From: Nitrospirota bacterium
GTDB taxonomy: Bacteria; Nitrospirota; Nitrospiria; SBBL01; JAADHI01
Length of the DNA: 64,000 bases
Reading direction: 5' to 3'
Assembly: GCA_029261155.1 (NCBI GenBank)
Contig: JAJDBW010000029.1
Location: forward strand, 1 to 64,000
Both the position numbers and the translations under genes were made by a program. The notes beneath the pieces were generated by a model. It saw only the letters and a list, made by a program, of their open reading frames with translations. It had not been told where the DNA came from and did no database searches. Below, in pieces: positions 46,551 through 56,233 of the stretch. Each line of letters begins with the position of its first letter. Positions within the stretch are counted from its first letter, which is position 1.

Positions 46551-47423
46551 ATGTTTTTGGGTTCAATCGTTGCGATTGTCACCCCCTTTAAAAATGGGGC
46601 AGTCGATGAAAAGGCCCTCGGCGAGATGATCGAGAACCACATCATCTCCGGCACGGGCGGCATTGTGCCTTGCGGCACCACGGGAGAGTCGGCCACACTG
46701 ACCCATGAAGAACACAAGCGGGTCATCGAGATGACGGTCAAGATGGTGGATGGGCGCATTTCGGTCATCGCCGGAACCGGTTCGAACAGCACCGAGGAGG
46801 CTGTCGCGCTGACACTGCATGCCAAATCGGCCGGCGCAGATGGGGCGCTGCTGATCACCCCCTATTACAACAAGCCGCCCCAAGAGGGGCTCTTTCAACA
46901 TTATAAAAAGATCGCGGAATCTGTGGATCTGCCTCTGGTCTTGTACAACATCCCGGGCCGAACCGGCGTAAACATGCTGCCGGAAACGGTGAAGCGCTTA
47001 ATGCCCTATGACAATGTCGTCGCCATGAAAGAGGGCAGCGGGTCAATTCAGCAAGTGATCGAGCTCATCCACCTCTGCAAGGACCGCCTGACCGTGCTCT
47101 CCGGAGACGATGCGATCACGCTTCCCATGATGAGCCTGGGTGCAAAAGGGGCGATTTCGGTCACGGCCAATGTCGTGCCCGAAGACATGGCCAAGATGAT
47201 CGCGGCGGCGGCGCGGGATGACCTGTCTACCGCGAAGAGCTGGCACAATCGTCTCTATCCGCTGTATCAATCGCTTTTTTTGGAAACGAATCCCATCCCC
47301 GTGAAAGTCGCGCTTTCTTTATTGGGCCAATGCAGCGATGAAGTCCGCCTACCGCTTTCTCCATTGTCCGAAGCGAACCGCAGCCGCTTAAAATCTGTAA
47401 TGAGCGAGTACGGCCTGCTTTAA
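46551..47423 (+). CDS. dapA: 4-hydroxy-tetrahydrodipicolinate synthase
   Basis: Carries GSIVAIVTPF…GTTGESATL…YNIPGRTG. Start at MFLGS. The track ORF starts earlier in a non-homologous leader. Confidence 0.92.
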   Translation: MFLGSIVAIVTPFKNGAVDEKALGEMIENHIISGTGGIVPCGTTGESATLTHEEHKRVIEMTVKMVDGRISVIAGTGSNSTEEAVALTLHAKSAGADGALLITPYYNKPPQEGLFQHYKKIAESVDLPLVLYNIPGRTGVNMLPETVKRLMPYDNVVAMKEGSGSIQQVIELIHLCKDRLTVLSGDDAITLPMMSLGAKGAISVTANVVPEDMAKMIAAAARDDLSTAKSWHNRLYPLYQSLFLETNPIPVKVALSLLGQCSDEVRLPLSPLSEANRSRLKSVMSEYGLL

Positions 47424-47727
47424 TCTACTCAACCCAATAAGAGAGACCGCTTCATGAAGAAACAACAGTCCATGCCCTGCTTATTAAATTGAGATGAGGA
47501 AGGGGAAAAAGTGCCAGTTCCGTTTTGAAGACCCCCCTAAAGATTCTGCCTAGACCTGGGGAAGGGAGGTGCCGGAAAGAAGAAGGCGGCATTAAAGCAC
47601 GCGATATAAAGAGATCCAATCGAAAGTTGTCCCAACTGAGGGTCCGAGAAGCCAGGATCGATTCGGATGGGAAATCGGCTGTGGGAGATGTTTACACTTC
47701 ATTCATCTGAAAAAGGGATCGAGCATA

Positions 47728-48528
47728 ATGAAAATTATTGTTTCAGGCGCTGCGGGCCGAATGGGCCGTGCCATCCTAGAAAGCCTTTATCAGGAAGAGG
47801 AACTCGAACTGGGTGCCGCGATCGAAAGAAAAGGGCATCCGGCCATTGGGAAAGACGTGGGCATGTTGATCGGGATCGGGGAGTGGGGCGTCCGGGCCAC
47901 GGATCGGATCAAAAAAGCGGTGAGCCAAGGGGATGTCATCATTGATTTCACCTACCCCCAAAGCGCGCTAAAAATGGTTCTGGAAGCGAAAACAAAAAAG
48001 ACGGCGATGGTCATTGGCACCACCGGATTCACGAAAGATCACGAGAAAAAGATTAAGGAAGCGGCCAAAAAAATCCCGATTGTCCTCTCGCCCAATATGA
48101 GTGTCGGCGTGAACGTCATGTTCAAGTTAATAACAGACGCGGCACGGGCCTTGGGACCAGCCTACGACATTGAGATCCTTGAGATCCACCACCGCCAAAA
48201 AAAAGATGCCCCCAGCGGCACCGCGCTTCGAATGGGGGAGGTCCTGGCCGTCGCGCGGGAGGTCTCGCTTGCCTCGGTTGGCCGTTTTTCCCGGCAGGGA
48301 AACATCGGACCCCGTAAACCCGGTGAAATCGGCTTGCAAAGCCTTCGGGCCGGAGATGTGGTGGGTGAACATACCGTCGTTTTCGCTGGACTGGGCGAGC
48401 GGGTGGAGTTGACGCACCGGGCCCACAGCCGGAATAATTTTTCGCGCGGGGCCTTAATGGCCGCAAAATGGGTGGTCGAGCAAGCGCCTGGGCTCTATGA
48501 TATGATGGACGTGCTCAAACTCAAATAA
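47728..48528 (+). CDS. dapB: 4-hydroxy-tetrahydrodipicolinate reductase
   Basis: The NAD(P)-binding region is MKIIVSGAAGRMGR. The catalytic region is E(I/L)HHRQKKDAPSGTA. Confidence 0.92.
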   Translation: MKIIVSGAAGRMGRAILESLYQEEELELGAAIERKGHPAIGKDVGMLIGIGEWGVRATDRIKKAVSQGDVIIDFTYPQSALKMVLEAKTKKTAMVIGTTGFTKDHEKKIKEAAKKIPIVLSPNMSVGVNVMFKLITDAARALGPAYDIEILEIHHRQKKDAPSGTALRMGEVLAVAREVSLASVGRFSRQGNIGPRKPGEIGLQSLRAGDVVGEHTVVFAGLGERVELTHRAHSRNNFSRGALMAAKWVVEQAPGLYDMMDVLKLK

Positions 48529-48583
48529 GGGCTCGATATTAAGTTCGAACGGCGGCTTATTCGTCGCCAGTAAGCCATAAGGA

Positions 48584-49771
48584 GTGATTGTGAAGAAGTT
48601 GGACATACAATTGGCGGATCGCATCAAGGACCTGCCCCCCTATCTTTTCGCCGCCATCGACAAAATGAAGCAGGAGGCCATCCAGGCGGGCAAAGACATT
48701 ATTAACCTGGGCGTCGGAGATCCGGACATGCCCACGCCCGCCCCCATTATTCAAGCCCTTCAAAAAGCCGCCGCCAATCCGAAAAACCACCAATATCCCA
48801 GCTATGTCGGCATGCTCTCTTTTCGCGAGGCCGTTGCCCGATGGTACAAGAAACGATTCAATGCGACTTTGGATCCGGCGACGGAAGTCCTTTCCTTAAT
48901 CGGCTCGAAGGAAGGCGTGGCCCATCTTCCAATGGCCTTGATCAATCCCGGTGACACCGCCTTGATGACCGATCCCGGCTATCCCGTCTATCAAGCCGGC
49001 ACCCTCTTTGCGGGAGGAAAGTCCGTTTTCGTTCCGCTCAAAATAGAAAATGGTTTTCTGCCCGACCTTGACGCCATTCCAGGTGCGGTGGCCGCTGAAG
49101 CCAAGCTTTTTTTTCTGAACTACCCCGGCAATCCGACGGCCGCTGTCGCCAATCGGGCCTTTTTCGAAAAATTGGTCGCCTTTGCTCATCGTCACAACAT
49201 TGTCATTTGTCACGACGCGGCCTATTCCGAGATTTATTATGACGGCAAGCCGCCTATTGGCTTCATGGAAGTCGACGGCGCCAAGGAGGTCGGCATCGAA
49301 CTGCATTCCCTTTCGAAGACCTACAACATGACCGGATGGCGCATCGGCTTCGCCGTGGGAAACAGTAATGTGGTCGGCGCACTCGGTAAAGTGAAAACCA
49401 ATATCGACTCGGGCATTTTTCAGGCCATTCAAGAAGCGGGTATTACCGCTTTGGAGATGGACGATGCCCCGCTCAAGGTGATAAGAAACATCTATCAGGA
49501 GCGGCGGGATGCCCTCGTCTCCGGCCTGCAACGATTGGGGTTTAAGGTCGATCCGCCTCAGGCCGCCTTTTATGTTTGGATTCCCAACCCGCCCGGCCTC
49601 ACTTCCGCAGAAATATCGGCAAAGCTTCTCAAAGAAACGGCCATTGTCACCACGCCCGGAAGCGGATTTGGTCAAGGGGGTGAAGGCTATTTTCGGATGA
49701 CACTTTGCGTCTCGAAAGAACGGCTCGAAGAAGCGATTGACCGCATGGAAAAAGTCGGCATCCACGGCTAA
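48584..49771 (+). CDS. dapL: LL-diaminopimelate aminotransferase (DapL-type class I aminotransferase)
   Basis: Carries the aminotransferase class I motifs (…NYPGNPT…, SLSKTYNMTGWRIGF). It sits in the lysA-dapF-dapA-dapB cluster. The start is GTG at 48584 or 48590. Confidence 0.75.
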   Translation: MIVKKLDIQLADRIKDLPPYLFAAIDKMKQEAIQAGKDIINLGVGDPDMPTPAPIIQALQKAAANPKNHQYPSYVGMLSFREAVARWYKKRFNATLDPATEVLSLIGSKEGVAHLPMALINPGDTALMTDPGYPVYQAGTLFAGGKSVFVPLKIENGFLPDLDAIPGAVAAEAKLFFLNYPGNPTAAVANRAFFEKLVAFAHRHNIVICHDAAYSEIYYDGKPPIGFMEVDGAKEVGIELHSLSKTYNMTGWRIGFAVGNSNVVGALGKVKTNIDSGIFQAIQEAGITALEMDDAPLKVIRNIYQERRDALVSGLQRLGFKVDPPQAAFYVWIPNPPGLTSAEISAKLLKETAIVTTPGSGFGQGGEGYFRMTLCVSKERLEEAIDRMEKVGIHG

Positions 49772-49846
49772 TAGGATCATCATTTTCAATAGACCCTGCG
49801 CCAGCCGAGACAGATGTAATTCACGCGCGACCCAAAACCAAGGACC

Positions 49847-50380
49847 GTGAAGAATCAAACGGAAACTGTATTTATCGGAATCGGATCCAATGTCGGCGAC
49901 CGCCTGACCTTTTGCAGAAACGCCGTCCAGGCCCTGGATTCGGACGCGGCCATTCGTATGGTCCGGACATCTTCCCTTTACGAAACCGCGCCGGTTGGAT
50001 ATTTAAAACAAAACCAATTTTATAACGCCGTCGTGCAGATCGAAACGACGCGAAGGCCAGAAGCGCTTTTAGCGCGCTGCCAAGAAATCGAAGGGCTTTT
50101 TCGCAAAAAGACCGCCTTTCCAAACGGCCCGCGAACCATTGATCTTGATCTTCTTTTTTATGGCGATCAGACCTGCAACACGCCCGAACTTATGCTGCCT
50201 CATCCCGAATTGGTCAATCGTTTCTTTGTCCTCATCCCCCTCATGGAAATCGCGGCAGGCTTTGTCCATCCGGTCCTGCACCTTACGGTCCGAGGTCTTT
50301 TGCATCGCCTTGACCCCAGCCAAGGCCGCGGCGTGAAAAGACGCCATAATCCCGGTTGGGAAATAGAGGAGCTGGCTTGA
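49847..50380 (+). CDS. folK: 2-amino-4-hydroxy-6-hydroxymethyldihydropteridine pyrophosphokinase
   Basis: HPPK signature (IGIGSNVGDR…YETAPVG…RTIDLDLL). Confidence 0.88.
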   Translation: MKNQTETVFIGIGSNVGDRLTFCRNAVQALDSDAAIRMVRTSSLYETAPVGYLKQNQFYNAVVQIETTRRPEALLARCQEIEGLFRKKTAFPNGPRTIDLDLLFYGDQTCNTPELMLPHPELVNRFFVLIPLMEIAAGFVHPVLHLTVRGLLHRLDPSQGRGVKRRHNPGWEIEELA

Positions 50381-50387
50381 CGCAGGG

Positions 50388-51236
50388 ATGAAGGAGGTCT
50401 CCAGCATTAAGCGCTTGCGGGCCTACCTAGCGCCCCTGAAAAAAAAGAAGGTCATCGGCTTCGTGCCGACGATGGGGGCTTTCCATGAAGGTCACCTCTC
50501 TCTCATGCGCAAGGCAAAGCGCGAATGCGATATTGTCCTGGTTTCTCTTTTCGTTAATCCGCTTCAATTCGGCCCCCAGGAAGATTACGACGCCTATCCC
50601 AGAAACCCACAGCAAGACAGACAAATGGCGAGAGCTGAAGGCATCGATCTATTGTGGACCCCTTCCGGAGAGAAACTCCTTCCACCCGGTTTTCAGACCA
50701 CAATCGACGTGGGCCCAATCGCTCATTGTTGGGAGGGAGCCTCCCGGCCGGGTCATTTTCAAGGCGTTGCAAGCTTGGTCGCCAAACTCCTTCTTATTGT
50801 GCGGCCCGACCGTCTCTACCTTGGCCGGAAAGATTTTCAACAAACGCGGGTCATCGCACAGATGGTTAAGGATCTCGGCTTCGGGCTTCGTATCCGAATC
50901 GGATCGACCCGGCGGGAAAAGGACGGTCTGGCAATGAGCTCTCGAAATCAGCGCCTCTCGTCGGCGGATCGCAAGATCGCCCCCATCTTATATTGTGCCC
51001 TGAAGGAGGCTAAAGCGGCGCTTCGCACAGGGAAGCCGAATGCGCCGGCCCTGCTTAGGAAAGTGAAAGCCCGACTTTCGGGGGAGCCCAGGATTCAAAT
51101 TGACTACCTCGCGCTTTGCGACCCGCAAGATTTGATGCCCATAAAGCGTATAGACAAAGACGCCGTCCTTTTAGCCGCGGTCCGAATTGGGCGGGTTCGA
51201 CTCATCGACAACATTCTGCTTCAGGTCAAACAATAA
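50388..51236 (+). CDS. panC: Pantoate--beta-alanine ligase
   Basis: Carries the HIGH-class motifs (GFVPTMGAFHEGHLSL, …SSRN…). Confidence 0.92.
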   Translation: MKEVSSIKRLRAYLAPLKKKKVIGFVPTMGAFHEGHLSLMRKAKRECDIVLVSLFVNPLQFGPQEDYDAYPRNPQQDRQMARAEGIDLLWTPSGEKLLPPGFQTTIDVGPIAHCWEGASRPGHFQGVASLVAKLLLIVRPDRLYLGRKDFQQTRVIAQMVKDLGFGLRIRIGSTRREKDGLAMSSRNQRLSSADRKIAPILYCALKEAKAALRTGKPNAPALLRKVKARLSGEPRIQIDYLALCDPQDLMPIKRIDKDAVLLAAVRIGRVRLIDNILLQVKQ

Positions 51237-51382
51237 CCGTAAGAAAGCTGAAACCAAAAAGGGGGCGTCTTTCAGAACGAAGGCCCCATTACAGAGGCCC
51301 TTCGTTGACAAAGAATTGATCGAAGTGGTAGATTCTAATCAATGTTTTATGCGAAGTGAGACCGCTTAGGATGCTGGTTCAA

Positions 51383-51826
51383 ATGAAAGTTCGGGGGATG
51401 ATGTTTGACCCCTACAACAACGCCTACATCATTATTCTTCGCGGCGAAGAAGATACGGATGTCTTACCCATCTGGGTCGGACGCCCCGAAGCCAACGCCA
51501 TCAGCCTCGCCCTGGAAGGCATCTTTACCCAACGACCCATGACCCACGATCTCATTAAAAACGTCATGGATACCCTGGATGCAAAGGTCATCAGCATTGT
51601 CGTGACCGACTTAAAAGACAATACCTATTTTTCAAAAACGCACCTCTCCTATCAGGATTCTGAATTCACAATCGATTCCCGACCGAGCGATGCCATCGCA
51701 CTTGCCTTACGAGCCGACGCGCCTATTTTTGTTTCAGAATCCGTGATTAAGAAACAAAGTTCCGAAGAACTCGATCGCTGGCTTGAAAACTTGCGACCTG
51801 AAGATTTTGGAAAGTACGACACCTAA
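51383..51826 (+). CDS. Bifunctional nuclease (BFN/DUF151, DNase-RNase) family protein
   Basis: Carries LPIWVGRPEANAISLAL…RPMTHDL…RPSDAIALALR, the DUF151 signature. Start at MKVRG. Confidence 0.75.
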   Translation: MKVRGMMFDPYNNAYIIILRGEEDTDVLPIWVGRPEANAISLALEGIFTQRPMTHDLIKNVMDTLDAKVISIVVTDLKDNTYFSKTHLSYQDSEFTIDSRPSDAIALALRADAPIFVSESVIKKQSSEELDRWLENLRPEDFGKYDT

Positions 51827-51876
51827 GTCGCTCGAAGCCTTCGATGACACGGTGTCGCCCCAGGAAGAGAAACACA

Positions 51877-52370
51877 TGAACATACCCCTAAAAGTCCATG
51901 CTGTCGTTTCCGACCCCAATACGGAAGCCCAAATCGTTATCTTAAAGGACGAGCAGGAGCTGGAACTGCTGCCTATCTGGGTGGGTTTGGCGGAAGGAAA
52001 CGCCATACGATTTGCATTAGAGGGAATTGGTGTCGCCCGTCCGCTGACCCATGATCTCCTCCGTGACGTATTGGACCATTTGAATGTTCAAATGGAAAAA
52101 GTAATTATCCACGACATGAATGAGGGCACCTATTATGCCTCGCTCCACCTCATTCAAAATCGTCCGGAACCAAAGGAAAAGGCTGCGCCAAGCGAGACCG
52201 AGGAGGAGCTAACCGTCGACGCACGACCGAGTGACGCCATCGCGCTGGCCCTCCGCATGGGTGTTCCTATTTATGTTACAGAAGAAGTCCTCCAAAAAAA
52301 GGGCTCTGAGAACCTAGACTCCTGGCTAGAAAAACTCAAACCGAAAGACTTCGGCCCCTACGACGCCTAA
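51877..52370 (+). CDS. Bifunctional nuclease (BFN/DUF151) family protein, tandem paralog
   Basis: Carries LPIWVGLAEGNAIRFAL…RPLTHDL…RPSDAIALALR. Has an acidic insert (PEPKEKAAPSETEEE). Confidence 0.75.
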
Positions 52371-52502
52371 GGAACACCTCCTTTTATTCTTGTTTATTCG
52401 CGGGATTTTTGCCAAGACCTTCTTCCATCCGGTTTCTCCGTCGAAGCCGGATAATTTCTAGGAGCCGAGACGCACAATTAATGGCCTATCTAAAATTAAG
52501 AG

Positions 52503-52531
52503 TTGACAAGGTCACTAAAATATATAAGAAT
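52503..52531 (+). promoter_or_regulatory. Candidate promoter for rplM-rpsI (TTGACA -35 with an A/T-rich -10 region TATATAAGAAT)
   Basis: A consensus -35 hexamer lies ~55 nt upstream of rplM. The exact -10 is ambiguous. Confidence 0.4.
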
Positions 52532-52563
52532 TAGTCCTTTTCATCACAGAGAGAAGTTTAGAT

Positions 52564-53001
52564 ATGAAAACGACGTCTTTTAAAAGTACCGATATAGAAG
52601 AAAAGTGGTACCTTGTCGATGCAGAAGGCAAGGTCCTCGGAAGGATGGCCGCCAAAATTGCCGCCATCCTTCGCGGGAAGCATCGCCCACTTTTTACGCC
52701 CAACCAGGATCTGGGAGACCATGTTGTCGTGATTAATGCAGAAAAAGTGGTCTTAAGCGGAAAAAAAGAGGAGCAGAAGCAATATTATCGACATAGCGGC
52801 TATATCGGCGGAATTAAATCGACGAGCCTTAAGGAACTCAGGCAAGACCACCCAGATCGCATCGTAAGAAATGCTGTTACCGGGATGCTGCCGAAGACCA
52901 AGCTGGGAAAAGCCATGGCGAAAAAACTCCGCATTTATGCAGGAGGAACACACCCGCATCAAGCACAGCAACCTGAAGCCCTCCCAAAAGGACTGGCATA
53001 G
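52564..53001 (+). CDS. rplM: 50S ribosomal protein L13
   Basis: Carries KTTSFKSTDIEEKWYLVDAEGKVLGRMAAKIAAILRGKH. Confidence 0.95.
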   Translation: MKTTSFKSTDIEEKWYLVDAEGKVLGRMAAKIAAILRGKHRPLFTPNQDLGDHVVVINAEKVVLSGKKEEQKQYYRHSGYIGGIKSTSLKELRQDHPDRIVRNAVTGMLPKTKLGKAMAKKLRIYAGGTHPHQAQQPEALPKGLA

Positions 53002-53029
53002 CGCTGAATAGAAAAAAGGATAACTGACA

Positions 53030-53422
53030 ATGGCAGCGACACAGATTACCGCAACCGGGAAAAGAAAGAACGCGATCGCCCGGGTCCGCATGCAATCCGG
53101 AGAGGGAAGTATCATTGTGAATGGCCGACTCGCGGATCATTACTTTCCTCGCGAAGCATGGAAATTTCTTTTAAGACAACCCTTTAAGGTTACCGAAACC
53201 GTGGGGCAATACAATGTGGTCGCGAATATTAAAGGCGGAGGGCTCACCGGTCAAGCGGGCGCATTGCGCCATGGCATTTCAAAAGCCTTGCTTGAAGTGG
53301 CGCCTCACCTCAGAGGGGCCCTAAAAAAAGAAGGTCTGCTCTCCCGAGATGCCAGGAAAAAAGAGCGGAAAAAATTCGGCCAAAAAGGTGCGCGAGCAAA
53401 ATTTCAGTTTTCGAAAAGATAA
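53030..53422 (+). CDS. rpsI: 30S ribosomal protein S9
   Basis: Carries GKRKNAIARVR…GGGLTGQAGALRHGISKAL…RDARKKERKKFG. Confidence 0.95.
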   Translation: MAATQITATGKRKNAIARVRMQSGEGSIIVNGRLADHYFPREAWKFLLRQPFKVTETVGQYNVVANIKGGGLTGQAGALRHGISKALLEVAPHLRGALKKEGLLSRDARKKERKKFGQKGARAKFQFSKR

Positions 53423-53450
53423 AGATCTTAACTTTCCGAGTGCAACATTG

Positions 53451-53478
53451 GGAAGGTCGGAAGACCTTCCTTTTTTTT
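53451..53478 (+). terminator. Rho-independent terminator after rpsI
   Basis: GGAAGGTC-ggaa-GACCTTCC followed by T8. Confidence 0.75.
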
Positions 53479-53547
53479 GGGGTTTTCTAAATTTAAATCC
53501 CTTTCTTCACGAGTGTTCTTTCGTTTAAACCGAAACAAGGGTCGATC

Positions 53548-54582
53548 ATGATTAAGGTGGCGGTTGTTGGGGCAACGGGCTATACCGGAGGTGAACTACT
53601 TCGTCTCCTTCGCGTGCACCCGAAAGTCACGGTCCAAAGCGTAACTTCGGGAAGATTCGTCGGCAAATTGTTGACCGATCGCCAACCCTTTTTAAAGGGG
53701 CATTACGATCTTAAGCTTGAAGCCCTCGACCCTGATAAGATTTCAAAAAAGGTCGATTTTATTTTTGTCGCCCTCTCCCATACCGATGCCATGCTTCCCG
53801 TGTTCAAATTCCTTGCGCACGGCAAAAAAGTGGTGGACCTGTCGGCAGATTACCGAATACGCTCAAGCGCTTCCTATGAAAAATGGTACGGCAGTCCACA
53901 CCTCTATCCTTCGCTCCTTAAAAAAAGGGTTTATGGCTTATCGGAGGTTTATCGAAAGCAAATTGCCTCGGCAAGTTTGGTTGCCAACCCCGGCTGTTAT
54001 CCGACGGGTGCGCTTTTACCCATGGTTCCTTTTTTAGAGTCGGGCTTAATTGATCCCGCTCGCGAAATGATTATTGACGCCAAATCCGGGGTTTCGGGGG
54101 CGGGGCAAAGTCCGAGCGATCAGACACATTTTCCTACCGTGAATGAAGCCTTAACCCCCTACAAGATCGGTCGCCACCGACACCTCCCGGAGATTATCCA
54201 GGAAATTTCAACGATTGGAAAGATAAAAGCCCAAGTCCTCTTTACCCCTTATCTTCTCCCGGTAAACCGAGGGATATTGAGCACCATTTATCTTCCACTT
54301 AAGAAAAAGATGACGAAAAGGCAAATCGATGCCGTTCTTAAGCCTTATGAAAAAGAGGCTTTTATCCGTCTTGTGCCAGAATCCCCGTCCTTGTCGCATG
54401 TCCGGGGAACAAACTATTGCGATATTGGGTCTTTTGCGAGTTCGTCCGGGCGCACAGCTATTTTAATTTCTGCGATAGATAACTTGGGCAAGGGGGCGGC
54501 GGGTCAAGCCATACAAAATATGAATATTATGATGAATTGGGACGAAGGCACAGGCTTGTCTGCGCCAGGCCTCTACCCCTAA
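53548..54582 (+). CDS. argC: N-acetyl-gamma-glutamyl-phosphate reductase
   Basis: Carries IKVAVVGATGYTGGELLRLL. The catalytic Cys is in NPGCYPT. Confidence 0.93.
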   Translation: MIKVAVVGATGYTGGELLRLLRVHPKVTVQSVTSGRFVGKLLTDRQPFLKGHYDLKLEALDPDKISKKVDFIFVALSHTDAMLPVFKFLAHGKKVVDLSADYRIRSSASYEKWYGSPHLYPSLLKKRVYGLSEVYRKQIASASLVANPGCYPTGALLPMVPFLESGLIDPAREMIIDAKSGVSGAGQSPSDQTHFPTVNEALTPYKIGRHRHLPEIIQEISTIGKIKAQVLFTPYLLPVNRGILSTIYLPLKKKMTKRQIDAVLKPYEKEAFIRLVPESPSLSHVRGTNYCDIGSFASSSGRTAILISAIDNLGKGAAGQAIQNMNIMMNWDEGTGLSAPGLYP

Positions 54583-54618
54583 GATAAACCGCTTTCTAAT
54601 TTCTAACAGTTCAACACC

Positions 54619-55848
54619 ATGGCAATCATGAAAATTTCAGCTCAGTTCCGTTCAATCTCAGGGGGAATTACCGCAGTAAAAGGTTTTGTCGCTGCCGGGC
54701 TTTATTCTGGGATTAAAAAAAATGGCAAGCCGGACCTTGCCCTGATTTTTAATAAAAACACATGCACAGTTGCCGGCGTGTTTACAAAAAATCGTTTCTG
54801 CGCAGCACCTCTCCTCCTTTGTAAAAAGCACCTCAAAAAAGGACGCGGACAGGCCATCATTGTCAACAGTGGAAACGCCAATGCCTTTACGGGCAAAAGA
54901 GGACTGGACGATGCCAAGGCCATGGCCACAGCCACGGCACAACAACTCGGAATAGACAAAACATCTGTCTATGTCGCATCGACCGGCGTTATTGGGGAAG
55001 CCCTCCCGATTGACCCTATCATTGCTGCCATTCCAAATCTGGTAGATATATTGTCAAGGAAGGGAAGTTTCTCGGCGGCGGAAGCGATCAAAACCACGGA
55101 TACCTTTGCAAAAGAGATCGCCTTAGAGGGAAGGGTAGGAGAACAAAAGATTCGCGTCGGAGGGATTGCTAAAGGATCAGGCATGATCCATCCAAACATG
55201 GCAACGATGCTGGGCTTTCTGGCAACAGATGTCAACATGACCCAGCCACTTCTCCAGGATGCCCTAAAAGAAGCTGTGGATGGCTCTTTTCATCGAATTA
55301 CAGTGGATGGCGATACCAGTACGAACGACATGGTCCTTTTGTTTTCAAATAACCAGAAAGGGAAGACCATCAACAAAAAAGGACCGCCTTTTCGAGATTT
55401 CGTCGCGCTACTCAAGGCGGCCTGCCTCTCCCTTGCAAAAATGCTTGTCATTGACGGCGAAGGGGCGACAAAATGCATTGAAATTAGAGTCACGGGCGCG
55501 AAAGATAACCAATCCGCCCAGAGCATTGCCTTTGCCGTCGCACAATCAAACCTTGTTAAAACAGCCTTTTTCGGAGAAGATGCGAACTGGGGAAGAATTG
55601 TTGCTGCAATTGGAAATGCAGGGGTGAAGGTCTCGCCAGAGGAAATTCATCTGTCTTTTGGCGACCTACCTTTGGTCCATGAGGGAAAATTTATGGGAAA
55701 AGCGGCAGAATCAAAAGTAGCACACTACCTTAAAAATAAAGAACTACAACTAAATATCGCATTGTCTTCCGGAAAAGGGTGTGCCGAAGTGTGGACTTCC
55801 GATCTAAGCCTTGATTATATAAAAATCAATGCTTTGTATAGAAGCTAG
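54619..55848 (+). CDS. argJ: Bifunctional glutamate N-acetyltransferase / amino-acid acetyltransferase
   Basis: Carries the ArgJ self-cleavage site ATMLGFLATD and a conserved C-terminus. Confidence 0.92.
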   Translation: MAIMKISAQFRSISGGITAVKGFVAAGLYSGIKKNGKPDLALIFNKNTCTVAGVFTKNRFCAAPLLLCKKHLKKGRGQAIIVNSGNANAFTGKRGLDDAKAMATATAQQLGIDKTSVYVASTGVIGEALPIDPIIAAIPNLVDILSRKGSFSAAEAIKTTDTFAKEIALEGRVGEQKIRVGGIAKGSGMIHPNMATMLGFLATDVNMTQPLLQDALKEAVDGSFHRITVDGDTSTNDMVLLFSNNQKGKTINKKGPPFRDFVALLKAACLSLAKMLVIDGEGATKCIEIRVTGAKDNQSAQSIAFAVAQSNLVKTAFFGEDANWGRIVAAIGNAGVKVSPEEIHLSFGDLPLVHEGKFMGKAAESKVAHYLKNKELQLNIALSSGKGCAEVWTSDLSLDYIKINALYRS

Positions 55849-56233
55849 CCCGAAAGGATTTAATATAAAGCACCTGGATTGGCCAGTCGGAAGATTATAG
55901 GTCGAGACGAATCCGGTTAGATTTTATTTTTGTCTTTTTAAAGAAAACTTTTTTAGAATAATAATAGTAGGAGCGTCAAAAAATGGAGGGTAAGCGCCTA
56001 AAGTCCTTTAAAATAAAAGGAATTTAGTGGGTATAGCCCTGTGGATAAATGTTCTATCTTCCTTTCTCTCCTTGATTCGTCTAGAGGCTTTTAGTATAAT
56101 TCCACAGTCCTCAGTCAGACCAAGCCCAAGAGAATGTTTCTATTTCTCTACTTAGCAACGAACATCTTGATAAATAGTACCTAAATTAATCCACAGCTGT
56201 TTATAATCTTGTGAATAACCCTCTGATTATCCT
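55849..56233. promoter_or_regulatory. AT-rich DnaA-box cluster upstream of dnaA (candidate oriC / dnaA autoregulatory region)
   Basis: About 35% GC against ~58% background. A perfect DnaA box TTATCCACA lies on the minus strand at 56040..56048. One-mismatch boxes sit at about 56186..56195 (TAATCCACA) and 56209..56218 (TTATTCACA). An A/T tract (GATTTTATTTTTGTCTTTTTAAAGAAAACTTTTTTAGAATAATAATA) could act as a DNA unwinding element. Confidence 0.55.
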
